A stretch of 64,000 nucleotides of DNA from Spirochaetia bacterium (GTDB taxonomy: Bacteria > Spirochaetota > Spirochaetia > DSM-2461), in NCBI GenBank assembly GCA_963666985.2, contig CAXXIA010000002.1, positions 2,848,001 to 2,912,000 on the forward strand. Reading direction: 5' to 3'. Positions 46,933 to 55,013 of the stretch are shown piece by piece. Numbering within the stretch: position 1 is the stretch's first letter; each line of letters starts with the position of its first letter. Position numbers and translations under genes: made by a program. Below the pieces are notes generated by a model. That model did not search any database and had not been told where the DNA came from. It saw nothing but the letters and a program-made list of their open reading frames with translations.

Positions 46933-48230
46933 GCAGAGAACTGATCGGACTTCTATTTATTATCATTCTGTTTTTTCTCATGGCCTGGAAAACCTGGATA
47001 GGTTTGGCCATGGCGGCGGTCGGATTCGCCGGGATTTGGGCTTTGAGAGGACTGCCGCAGGCGCTCAGCATTGTCGGCAGCGTTACTTTCGCCAAGGTGA
47101 GCAACTATAATTTCACGGCCATACCGATGTTTCTGCTTATGGGACTTATTATTGCGGAAACGGATATCGGAGCCGGTTTGTACAGAGCCGCCAATGCCTG
47201 GCTGGGAAGAATCAGAGGCGGATTGGCGTCGGCCACGGCCGTTGCCTGCGGTTTTCTGGGGGCCATCTGCAGCGTCTCCATGACCGGTGCCATTATTATG
47301 TCCAAGATTTCTTTTCCGGAAATGGCCAAGAGAAAGTACGACCGCGGATTTGCCTGCGCATCCATTTGCGCCGGCGGTCCTTTGAGCATAATTATCCCGC
47401 CGAGTATGTGCTTTATCATGTATGGAATCCTAACGGAAAACTCCGTGGGGAAGCTGTTCATGGCCGGTGTTGTCCCGGGGCTGATTCTGACCGTGCTCTA
47501 CTGTATCGCCGTTGATATAACCACACGGCTGCGGCCTGAGTGGGGCCCCATGGGGGAAAAGACAACGCTCAAAGAGAAATTCACGGCGCTTAAAGATATG
47601 ATTCCGGTTTTTATTCTCTTTATTATTGTTCTGGGCGGTATCTACTCCGGTTTTGTCAGCACCACCGAATCGGGCGCCATCGGAACCATCGGTGCGGTCG
47701 TCATCGCTCTGGCAACAAAGCAGCTAACCTGGAAAAAACTGTATAAATGCCTTCTGAATACGGCCATGATCGGGAGCGCCATATTCATTCTCATGGCGGG
47801 AACGTTTATTTTCAGCTCCTTTTTAACCTTAAGCAATCTGCCGCAATTTCTCGCGAAATTCGCCGGCGGTCTTGATGCACCGCGATTCCTTATCATCCTT
47901 GTCGTTATGCTGATTTATATCATTATGGGAATGTTTATGCCGGATAATCCCATTGTGGTTCTTACGGTTCCTATTCTCTATCCGGTTATGGTTACCACGA
48001 TCGGTGTTGATCCGATATGGTTCGGAGTTTTTATCGTTTTCATGGTGGCTCTTGCCCAAATATCTCCTCCCGTCGGCATGGTTGTTTACTATTTGGCCGG
48101 ACTTACGGATGTGCCGGTTAATAAAGTCTTTAAGGGTGTGATGCCGTTTCTTGCGGCAATGATTGTGAGTATCGCCCTCATTATCGCGTTTCCCGTTATC
48201 TGCACATGGCTCCCCTCAATTATGAAATAA
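46929..48230 (+). CDS. TRAP transporter large permease (DctM)
   Basis: AIPMFLLMG, GGLA, IIPPS, GKLFMAG, TTES, DPIWFG, SPPVG. Confidence 0.94.
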   Translation: MSRELIGLLFIIILFFLMAWKTWIGLAMAAVGFAGIWALRGLPQALSIVGSVTFAKVSNYNFTAIPMFLLMGLIIAETDIGAGLYRAANAWLGRIRGGLASATAVACGFLGAICSVSMTGAIIMSKISFPEMAKRKYDRGFACASICAGGPLSIIIPPSMCFIMYGILTENSVGKLFMAGVVPGLILTVLYCIAVDITTRLRPEWGPMGEKTTLKEKFTALKDMIPVFILFIIVLGGIYSGFVSTTESGAIGTIGAVVIALATKQLTWKKLYKCLLNTAMIGSAIFILMAGTFIFSSFLTLSNLPQFLAKFAGGLDAPRFLIILVVMLIYIIMGMFMPDNPIVVLTVPILYPVMVTTIGVDPIWFGVFIVFMVALAQISPPVGMVVYYLAGLTDVPVNKVFKGVMPFLAAMIVSIALIIAFPVICTWLPSIMK

Positions 48231-48273
48231 ATATTCGTAAGAATATTAATTGAAAGAAAGGAAGGAATTGGTT

Positions 48274-49377
48274 ATGAGAACAAAACGGATTACAGTCGTA
48301 TTAATCACTCTGTTGATTTCGTTTGCGTTGATTTCCTGCGGACAGTCCGGAAAAAAAGCGGCCGCCGGCGGCGCGGATCAGTCGGAGACTGAGAAAGTCG
48401 ACGATACGGTTTATACCTTCGTCGTCAATCTCAATAAACCCGAGGCTTCATCAAACCAGGATAAAATCTGGATGAACGCAATCAGTGAACAGAGCGGCGG
48501 GAGAATTGAATTCGAGACTTATTATTCGTCGTCTCTTCTGAATGTCAAAGAAGTTCCCGAAGGTCTGGACAGCGGTACGATTGATATCGCCTGTGCCATT
48601 TCCATGGCCGAATTCCCCACAATCCTTCCATTAACCGCCGGTATCATGACCATGCCCTTCAGCGGGATTAAGGGTGAGGATTTTTATGAGGTTTATGACC
48701 GGCTGATGAAAGACTACCCTGTAATGGTCGATGAATACACGAATGCGGGAATGGTTCCTCTTACCTATGGTTTCGGAGCCGGCGTGAATCTGTTTTTGGG
48801 TTCCGAGAATAATCCGGTTACGGCTCCCTCGGAATTGAAAGGAAAGCAGATTATGGCGACTCATTCCACACTTCAGAAACTGATATCCAAAGAAGGCGGT
48901 GCTCCGGTATCGGCCGGTCCGCCCGACTTCTATTCCTATCTTGAGAGAAGCGTTTCCGACGGAATCTTTAATCACTGGGGTGTGATTGTCCATTTTTCCG
49001 TTTTTGAAGTTGTCAAGCAGGCCTTTATTTTTGGTAATGACTCGAAAAGCGGTCTTACATACGATCTTTTCGGCGTTGTTATGAGCCAAAAGAAATGGGA
49101 TTCCCTGCCGGCGGATATCCGTCAGATTTTTATGGACAACAGGGAACTGTATTACAACGAACAGAAAAAAGTAATTTCCGCAATGGGCGATAAAGGAATC
49201 AATCTGTTAACCGAAAAGGGCGCGGCAATTACGTATTTGAATGATAATCAGATTAAGGTGTGGCAGGATGAATTCGGTTCCGTTCGGGATGAGATTCTCG
49301 GGGGACTTGATTCCAAGGGGCTTAATGCGACCGAGATTTATACCAGGATGCTTGAAATCAATCGGGAACTCAAGTAA
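48274..49377 (+). CDS. TRAP transporter substrate-binding lipoprotein (DctP)
   Basis: Lipobox LISC; SGGRIEF.Y.SSLL, ELKG, Y.YLE..V.DG, MS..KWDSLP.D. Confidence 0.88.
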   Translation: MRTKRITVVLITLLISFALISCGQSGKKAAAGGADQSETEKVDDTVYTFVVNLNKPEASSNQDKIWMNAISEQSGGRIEFETYYSSSLLNVKEVPEGLDSGTIDIACAISMAEFPTILPLTAGIMTMPFSGIKGEDFYEVYDRLMKDYPVMVDEYTNAGMVPLTYGFGAGVNLFLGSENNPVTAPSELKGKQIMATHSTLQKLISKEGGAPVSAGPPDFYSYLERSVSDGIFNHWGVIVHFSVFEVVKQAFIFGNDSKSGLTYDLFGVVMSQKKWDSLPADIRQIFMDNRELYYNEQKKVISAMGDKGINLLTEKGAAITYLNDNQIKVWQDEFGSVRDEILGGLDSKGLNATEIYTRMLEINRELK

Positions 49378-49433
49378 GTAAAGCCGATTCAACAGCTTGC
49401 CGAAAGCAATGACAATCATGTAATGTTAATCAG

Positions 49434-49467
49434 GGCTATCCCTAAAAAGCGGGATGGCCTTTTTTTT
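49434..49467 (+). terminator. rho-independent terminator of the sulfatase-TRAP operon
   Basis: GGCTATCCC-8-GGGATGGCC followed by T8. Confidence 0.85.
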
Positions 49468-49655
49468 GCCTGAAAAGGCGAACGTTCCGCAGAGTCGGAT
49501 ATTCTCAGGTTCATGACCGGGGGGTGAGATTTTATCTGTTCTTATTATGTGTTTTAAGTGTGCCGGTGGATTTCAGAGTTGAATAGAGGTATCACCTTAC
49601 TGAAAACAAAAAGATAAGGAACCATTATCTAAGATTTTTTATAGGAATGATTTAG

Positions 49656-52229
49656 ATGAGTTTTAATGTTTCCGATAGTAAACATTTAAAAAGAATATCT
49701 TCAATTTCTCTTGTCGTCATTTCATTGATGCTGCTGTTTCTTGTGTATAACAATTATAAAAGACAATACACAATTATTATTAATACATTTCTTATTCTTG
49801 AATCCGAAATAATAAAAGAAGCGTCTCAAATGGCAAATCTCTGGCTTGATAAAAGGATTAAGGACGAAGGAGTGACGATAGAGGATATTGAACAGGAAAT
49901 CCTGAAAAATTTTATCGAACCGATAAGCTTGCTGAACAGCGGAGATGCCTGGATCTATAATAAGGATTATGTGATTTTCGACAAAAGCGGCGATTTCCCG
50001 GATTATTACCGCGGAAAATCAATGCGCCAGATTTTTGAAATCCAAAGCCGATACGGGGCGTCTCATTATGAAGAATTAACCATCGGCGTAGAAAACGCCA
50101 CCGAGGGACAAGGATGGTATATATGGCTGCCCGAAAAAGGCAAAGAATGGGTTTCCTGGACTTCTTTCCGGTTTCATGAGCAAACCTGGACGCTCGGACT
50201 CTCAACTCCCGAAAAAGATATTCTCTCATACGCCGATATAAAATCTTTCCTGGTAAAACAAATTGTATATGCGCTGATTCTTATCATTTTGCTTTCCATC
50301 ATAACGCGTCAAATATTTTCATTCCAAAACAAACAGGAAAAACTCATCTCGGAACTGAATCAGGCTAATGAAGATCTGAAAAATGTCGATGTTATGAAAA
50401 ATAACTTAATTGCAAACATTTCTCATGATTTTAAGAATCCTTTAACTATTATTTATAATCTTGCGGAGCTGAATCTTGTCAATTCGGGAGGGAATATCCC
50501 TCAAAATATTCTTGATGATTTAAATGTTATTTATGAAACGTCTCATAGGTTTATTTCAAAGATCAACAGCATTATCGATCTTGTGAAACTGGACAGCCGC
50601 GGTTTGGATTTGAAGATTCAGAGAATCAGACCAGTTGAATTCTTATCGGAGATAGCGTCTTATTATTCCAATTCTCTGAAAAGGGCCAATATCCAAGTTG
50701 CTTTTAGATCCGATGCCGATGAATATGATTTTTTTTATACCGATCCGGAAAAATTGGAAGATATTATTAATAATATTATCTTTAATGCCATCAAGTTTAT
50801 TCAGCATGAACATGGAATAATAAATATTGAATTATTAGAGAACGACGAATCCATCGAAATAAAGATACAAGATAACGGAATTGGTATCGAGAAAGAATAT
50901 CTTGAGAAGATTTTTACACGATTTGAACGAATTGAAGATTTGGGGAAAGGAAGGCCGAAAGGTTCCGGCATAGGATTGGCCTATTCAAGACAATTGGCCG
51001 TTTTGCTTGGAGGTTCAATTCGAGCGGAATCGGACGGGAGGGATAAAGGGGCTTCTTTCTTTATTGTGCTCGATAGGAATAAATTTAATGAGGGCGATAG
51101 GTCTTCAGGAAATGTAAACAGTGAATATGTTCCAAACAGAGCCTATGTCGATACATACCATACTGAAGAAAATAAGCCGAAGGTTTCTATTGTCCGAACC
51201 AACAGACAGTTTGAGTTTGATCCTTTTAAGGGGATTATTCTTATTGCCGAAGATGAACCGGCGATAAGAAATGTTATTGTCAGATATTTGGAGAACAGCG
51301 GTTATATGAATTTCATAACCGTTGAAAATGGAGAAATAGCCCTTGAAATGGCTAAAATCTATCATCCGGACTTAGTGATTACCGATTATATGATGCCGGA
51401 AATGAATGGAGACGAATTTTGTAGAGTTATGTTTGCGGATCCGTTCTTTGAGTTTATACCGATAATTTTTATTTCAGCGGTTTCCGATAGAAATCTTATT
51501 CTCGAACAAAAAACAAAAGGCGCGGTTGATTTTATTACTAAGCCAATAAGAAAGGAAGAACTGCTCATTTCCGTAAATAGCAATTTAAAGAAATATATGG
51601 ACTTTACTCAAGCATCATCGATTGATGAATTGTCGAAAATGCTTAATCGAAGGGCCTTCTTTAAGAATTTTGAGAATCTAATTCTTAATCCTTCAACCTC
51701 GGATCTTTCCGTAATATTACTGGACTTGGATTATTTTAAGGAAATAAATGATACATATGGTCACAAAGCCGGAGATTTTGTTTTATCTCAGATCAGTCTG
51801 AATATTCTTGACGCCATTAGAAATCAGGATATCGCCGGAAGGTACGGCGGCGAGGAATTTATTGTTCTTCTTCCCGAGACAACTCTGGAACAGTCCGGAA
51901 AGGTTGCCGAAAAGATTCAAAGCAGAATAAGTAATCTTGAACTGGATTATAAAGGTATATTGATTAAAAGAACCATAAGTATGGGTATTGCTTCACTCGG
52001 GCAGTATGGGGATGAGTATGGTCCCGCCGAGGAAAAAATCAATCTGCCGAATCAACTGGTGGAAATGGCCGATACGGCTCTCTATTATGCAAAAACTAAA
52101 AGCTGTATCCATTGCGGATACATTGAAAAAGAGATTCGAACGGAGCTTGAAATTTGTCCCGAATGCGGCCGGCCTTTGATGGAAGGACGCAATAGAATCG
52201 AAGAATACACTCCGGCAATGAAGGCATAA
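49656..52229 (+). CDS. hybrid sensor histidine kinase-REC-diguanylate cyclase with Cys4 insertion
   Basis: 2 TM plus periplasmic sensor; SHDFKNPL, NAIKF, DNGIG, GSGIGL; REC (ED, DYMMP, KP); RNQD I-site and GGEEF; CIHC…CPEC. Confidence 0.93.
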   Translation: MSFNVSDSKHLKRISSISLVVISLMLLFLVYNNYKRQYTIIINTFLILESEIIKEASQMANLWLDKRIKDEGVTIEDIEQEILKNFIEPISLLNSGDAWIYNKDYVIFDKSGDFPDYYRGKSMRQIFEIQSRYGASHYEELTIGVENATEGQGWYIWLPEKGKEWVSWTSFRFHEQTWTLGLSTPEKDILSYADIKSFLVKQIVYALILIILLSIITRQIFSFQNKQEKLISELNQANEDLKNVDVMKNNLIANISHDFKNPLTIIYNLAELNLVNSGGNIPQNILDDLNVIYETSHRFISKINSIIDLVKLDSRGLDLKIQRIRPVEFLSEIASYYSNSLKRANIQVAFRSDADEYDFFYTDPEKLEDIINNIIFNAIKFIQHEHGIINIELLENDESIEIKIQDNGIGIEKEYLEKIFTRFERIEDLGKGRPKGSGIGLAYSRQLAVLLGGSIRAESDGRDKGASFFIVLDRNKFNEGDRSSGNVNSEYVPNRAYVDTYHTEENKPKVSIVRTNRQFEFDPFKGIILIAEDEPAIRNVIVRYLENSGYMNFITVENGEIALEMAKIYHPDLVITDYMMPEMNGDEFCRVMFADPFFEFIPIIFISAVSDRNLILEQKTKGAVDFITKPIRKEELLISVNSNLKKYMDFTQASSIDELSKMLNRRAFFKNFENLILNPSTSDLSVILLDLDYFKEINDTYGHKAGDFVLSQISLNILDAIRNQDIAGRYGGEEFIVLLPETTLEQSGKVAEKIQSRISNLELDYKGILIKRTISMGIASLGQYGDEYGPAEEKINLPNQLVEMADTALYYAKTKSCIHCGYIEKEIRTELEICPECGRPLMEGRNRIEEYTPAMKA

Positions 52230-52459
52230 TGGATTTCTATAAATCCGCTATCGAAAAAACGCAAATTATCTCTTTATGAAAGTTTTGGTGACGCTCTGGG
52301 GCCATGGGAACACCGATAGCGGCGAAATTTTATCAACGGAGCCCCTGAGGTAGCGTTCCGCGGTATGGTGTAAAAAGATCGGCGGCTTGGTTCAGTGATT
52401 TCTTGCCGAGAAATATGCGGCCCGCGAAATTCGAGAAAAGATGGAGTTTGATAGAAAAA

Positions 52460-52486
52460 TACTTTACAAAAGTAATTAAATAAGTA
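52460..52486. promoter_or_regulatory. possible ROK-type operator
   Basis: AT-rich TACTT-N17-AAGTA inverted repeat overlapping a TTTACA -35-like hexamer upstream of the ROK gene. Confidence 0.4.
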
Positions 52487-52510
52487 ACGATGGCGATTGG
52501 GTGATTATTC

Positions 52511-53521
52511 ATGGGAGTTAGTACACTCAGCCTTAAAGATCTTAATGCTCGTCTTGTCCGCCGGGCGCTCAAAAACGCACGAAGTGCCACGGTTCGGGAT
52601 TTGTCCGCCGCCACGGGTCTTTCGACCGTTACCGTGGGAACGATTCTGCAGGAATTCGTTTCCGACGGGACGGCTTTGGAAGCGGATATGGTTCCCTCAA
52701 ACGGAGGCAGGCCTTCAAGAGTGTTTCAGTTCAATGCGGCCAAGGCCTTCGCTCTTGTGCTTTACGGCAGGGAAATAGAACGGTGCGACACTCTCTGTCT
52801 GCGTGTGGCCGATCTCGACGGAAGAATAACGGCTTCGGAAAACATACCTTTTGAGGCGGAATCGATCGAGTCGTTTGATGCGGCGATTGAACGCATGCTG
52901 AATCTGTTTCCGGAGATCGGCGTGATCGGGTTCGGGCTGCCGGGGATAGAATACGGCGGAATCCTCATTGAGATTGATTATGATAATTTGGCCGGCGGTT
53001 CTTTGCGGGGTCATATAGAAGAACAATTCGGACTGCCCGTGGTGATTGAAAACGATGTCAATGCGGCCGTTCTGGGGAGGGGACGGCTGGAGGGTGCCGC
53101 CGAAAGCGAAGTGTATGTGTACTTCCCCGAGAAGTCTCCTCCCGGAGCCGGAATCCGCATTCGGGATCAGCTTTTAAAGGGCCGAAGGAATTTCGCCGGA
53201 GAGGTGAAATGGATTCCATTGGATATTCCGTGGGGAACTTCGTCTCTATTGAATTCTCCGAGGATTCTTGATGCGGCGGCCAAGATTATCGTCACAATAA
53301 CGGCGGTTATCGCTCCCGAGTCCGTTGTTTTGTACGGCAAATGTCTGACTCCGTCGCTGCTGAATATCCTTCGGGAAAACTGCATTCGATTGCTGCCGAA
53401 TGAGATGGTGCCCGTTCTTTCTCTGGCCGATGATTTCGGTGCGGATTTCGAAGAGGGTCTTGTAGGGCTCTGTTTGGATGAGCTGGAAAACAAGGATGAT
53501 TTATGGCGACACTTCTTTTGA
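52511..53521 (+). CDS. ROK-family transcriptional regulator
   Basis: N-terminal wHTH (LSAATGLS..TV, SNGGRP), GFGLPG, IENDVNAA, FAGEV. Confidence 0.92.
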   Translation: MGVSTLSLKDLNARLVRRALKNARSATVRDLSAATGLSTVTVGTILQEFVSDGTALEADMVPSNGGRPSRVFQFNAAKAFALVLYGREIERCDTLCLRVADLDGRITASENIPFEAESIESFDAAIERMLNLFPEIGVIGFGLPGIEYGGILIEIDYDNLAGGSLRGHIEEQFGLPVVIENDVNAAVLGRGRLEGAAESEVYVYFPEKSPPGAGIRIRDQLLKGRRNFAGEVKWIPLDIPWGTSSLLNSPRILDAAAKIIVTITAVIAPESVVLYGKCLTPSLLNILRENCIRLLPNEMVPVLSLADDFGADFEEGLVGLCLDELENKDDLWRHFF

Positions 53522-54882
53522 TTATCATTTACATAGCCTTTATCAGTTTGGGACTGCCGGATGCCCTCTTGGGCGCCGCATGGCCGGTGATGCAGCCCGA
53601 TTTGGCGGTTCCCTACAGTCTCGCGGGGTTGGCTCAGATGACCATCTCCGGCGGGACCATCGTTTCAAGCGCTTTTTCGGGACGGTTTCTGAAGAAATTC
53701 GGTACCGGCCGGGTTACCGCCGTCAGCGTTGCTCTGACCGCCGCGGCGCTTTTCGGTTTTGCCCTTACGCCGTCCTTCTGGTGGCTTTTCGCGGCGGCCG
53801 TTCCCTTGGGGCTCGGAGCCGGGGCCGTGGATTCGGGACTCAACGCCTTTGTCGCCGCGCATTATGAGTCCAGACACATGAGCTGGCTTCACAGTTTTTG
53901 GGGAATCGGAGCGCTTTCCGGTCCTCTGGTACTTTCTTTTCTTCTCTCCCGGGGGCTTCCCTGGCGGCGCGGGTATCTTTCGATCGGGATATTTCAAGTG
54001 ATTCTTGTCGCCGTTCTGATTTTCGCGGTTCCCCTCTGGGAGAAGGTGCGCGCTCGGGGTTCGGTGGCTGGAGGCGCGGAGAGGAAGGCGGAAAAGGAGG
54101 ATTTAGCGGCTCCGAATGAGGACCGATCGGAAAAGGCGGGCCGGGATGACGGCCGGGAGGGTGTCGGGCTTGAGGAGCCGCAGTCGGAAACAACACAGGG
54201 CGAGTCCTCGAACATGGCTAGACAATTCGATGACTTCCGGCATGAAGAGGTGCTTGCGGAGGGAACACAGAGTGTTTCCGCGCGGCCCGATTCCACATCG
54301 AACCGTTCGCTCTTTTCCACCTTGAAGATTAAGGGCGTTTCTTTCGCTCTGATTACGTTCCTGTTCTATTGCGGGATGGAATCGACGATGGGACTTTGGG
54401 GAGGCTCTTATCTCTTTTTGATGAAGAATCTTGATCCCGCGGCCGCGGCGAGGTGGGTTTCCCTCTTTTATGCGAGCATAACTCTGGGGCGATTTTTGAC
54501 CGGATTTATTACGTTCAAGCTGTCCAATAAAACCCTCGTCCGCTGGGGAGGAATAACGATTCTCTTTGGCGTGGTACTGCTGTTGTTGCCTCTGCCGACT
54601 GTGGTTTCTTTGATAGGATTTTTATTGATCGGATTAGGATGTGCCCCGATTTTTCCCTGCATGCTTCATGAAACTCCGGTAAATTTCGGTCCTGCCGATT
54701 CCCAGGCCATTATGGGATTCCAAATGGCGGTTGCTTATGTCGGGGCCTCCTTTCTGCCGCCGATATTCGGTTTTATCTCTTCGGCGACGTCGATGGCTTT
54801 ATTCCCGCTATTTCTATTGGCTTACATTACGCTGCTGCTGCTGAACTCGGAGGCGCTGCGCAGGGCGGTGAGAACGTCCTAA
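53503..54882 (+). CDS. MFS transporter (FucP-like) with long central loop
   Basis: IYIAFISLGLPD.LLGAAWP, GAVD..LN, MSWLH.FWG.G, APIFP…HETP. Confidence 0.92.
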   Translation: MATLLLIIIYIAFISLGLPDALLGAAWPVMQPDLAVPYSLAGLAQMTISGGTIVSSAFSGRFLKKFGTGRVTAVSVALTAAALFGFALTPSFWWLFAAAVPLGLGAGAVDSGLNAFVAAHYESRHMSWLHSFWGIGALSGPLVLSFLLSRGLPWRRGYLSIGIFQVILVAVLIFAVPLWEKVRARGSVAGGAERKAEKEDLAAPNEDRSEKAGRDDGREGVGLEEPQSETTQGESSNMARQFDDFRHEEVLAEGTQSVSARPDSTSNRSLFSTLKIKGVSFALITFLFYCGMESTMGLWGGSYLFLMKNLDPAAAARWVSLFYASITLGRFLTGFITFKLSNKTLVRWGGITILFGVVLLLLPLPTVVSLIGFLLIGLGCAPIFPCMLHETPVNFGPADSQAIMGFQMAVAYVGASFLPPIFGFISSATSMALFPLFLLAYITLLLLNSEALRRAVRTS

Positions 54883-54945
54883 AGCTGACTCTTTACGTGT
54901 CGCTGAGTGGAAATCTTTTCGGCATTATGAGATTTAATCCGCTGG

Positions 54946-54973
54946 AAAAGAAGAAGCCGTCCCGAAGGACGGC
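54946..54973 (-). terminator. terminator hairpin between the convergent MFS and feoB genes
   Basis: GCCGTCC-CGAA-GGACGGC; on the minus strand it is followed by TTCTTCTTTT. Confidence 0.7.
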
Positions 54974-55013
54974 CCCTTATTTACTCTTTGGTTTTTCTTG
55001 GAAAGGGCAATAT

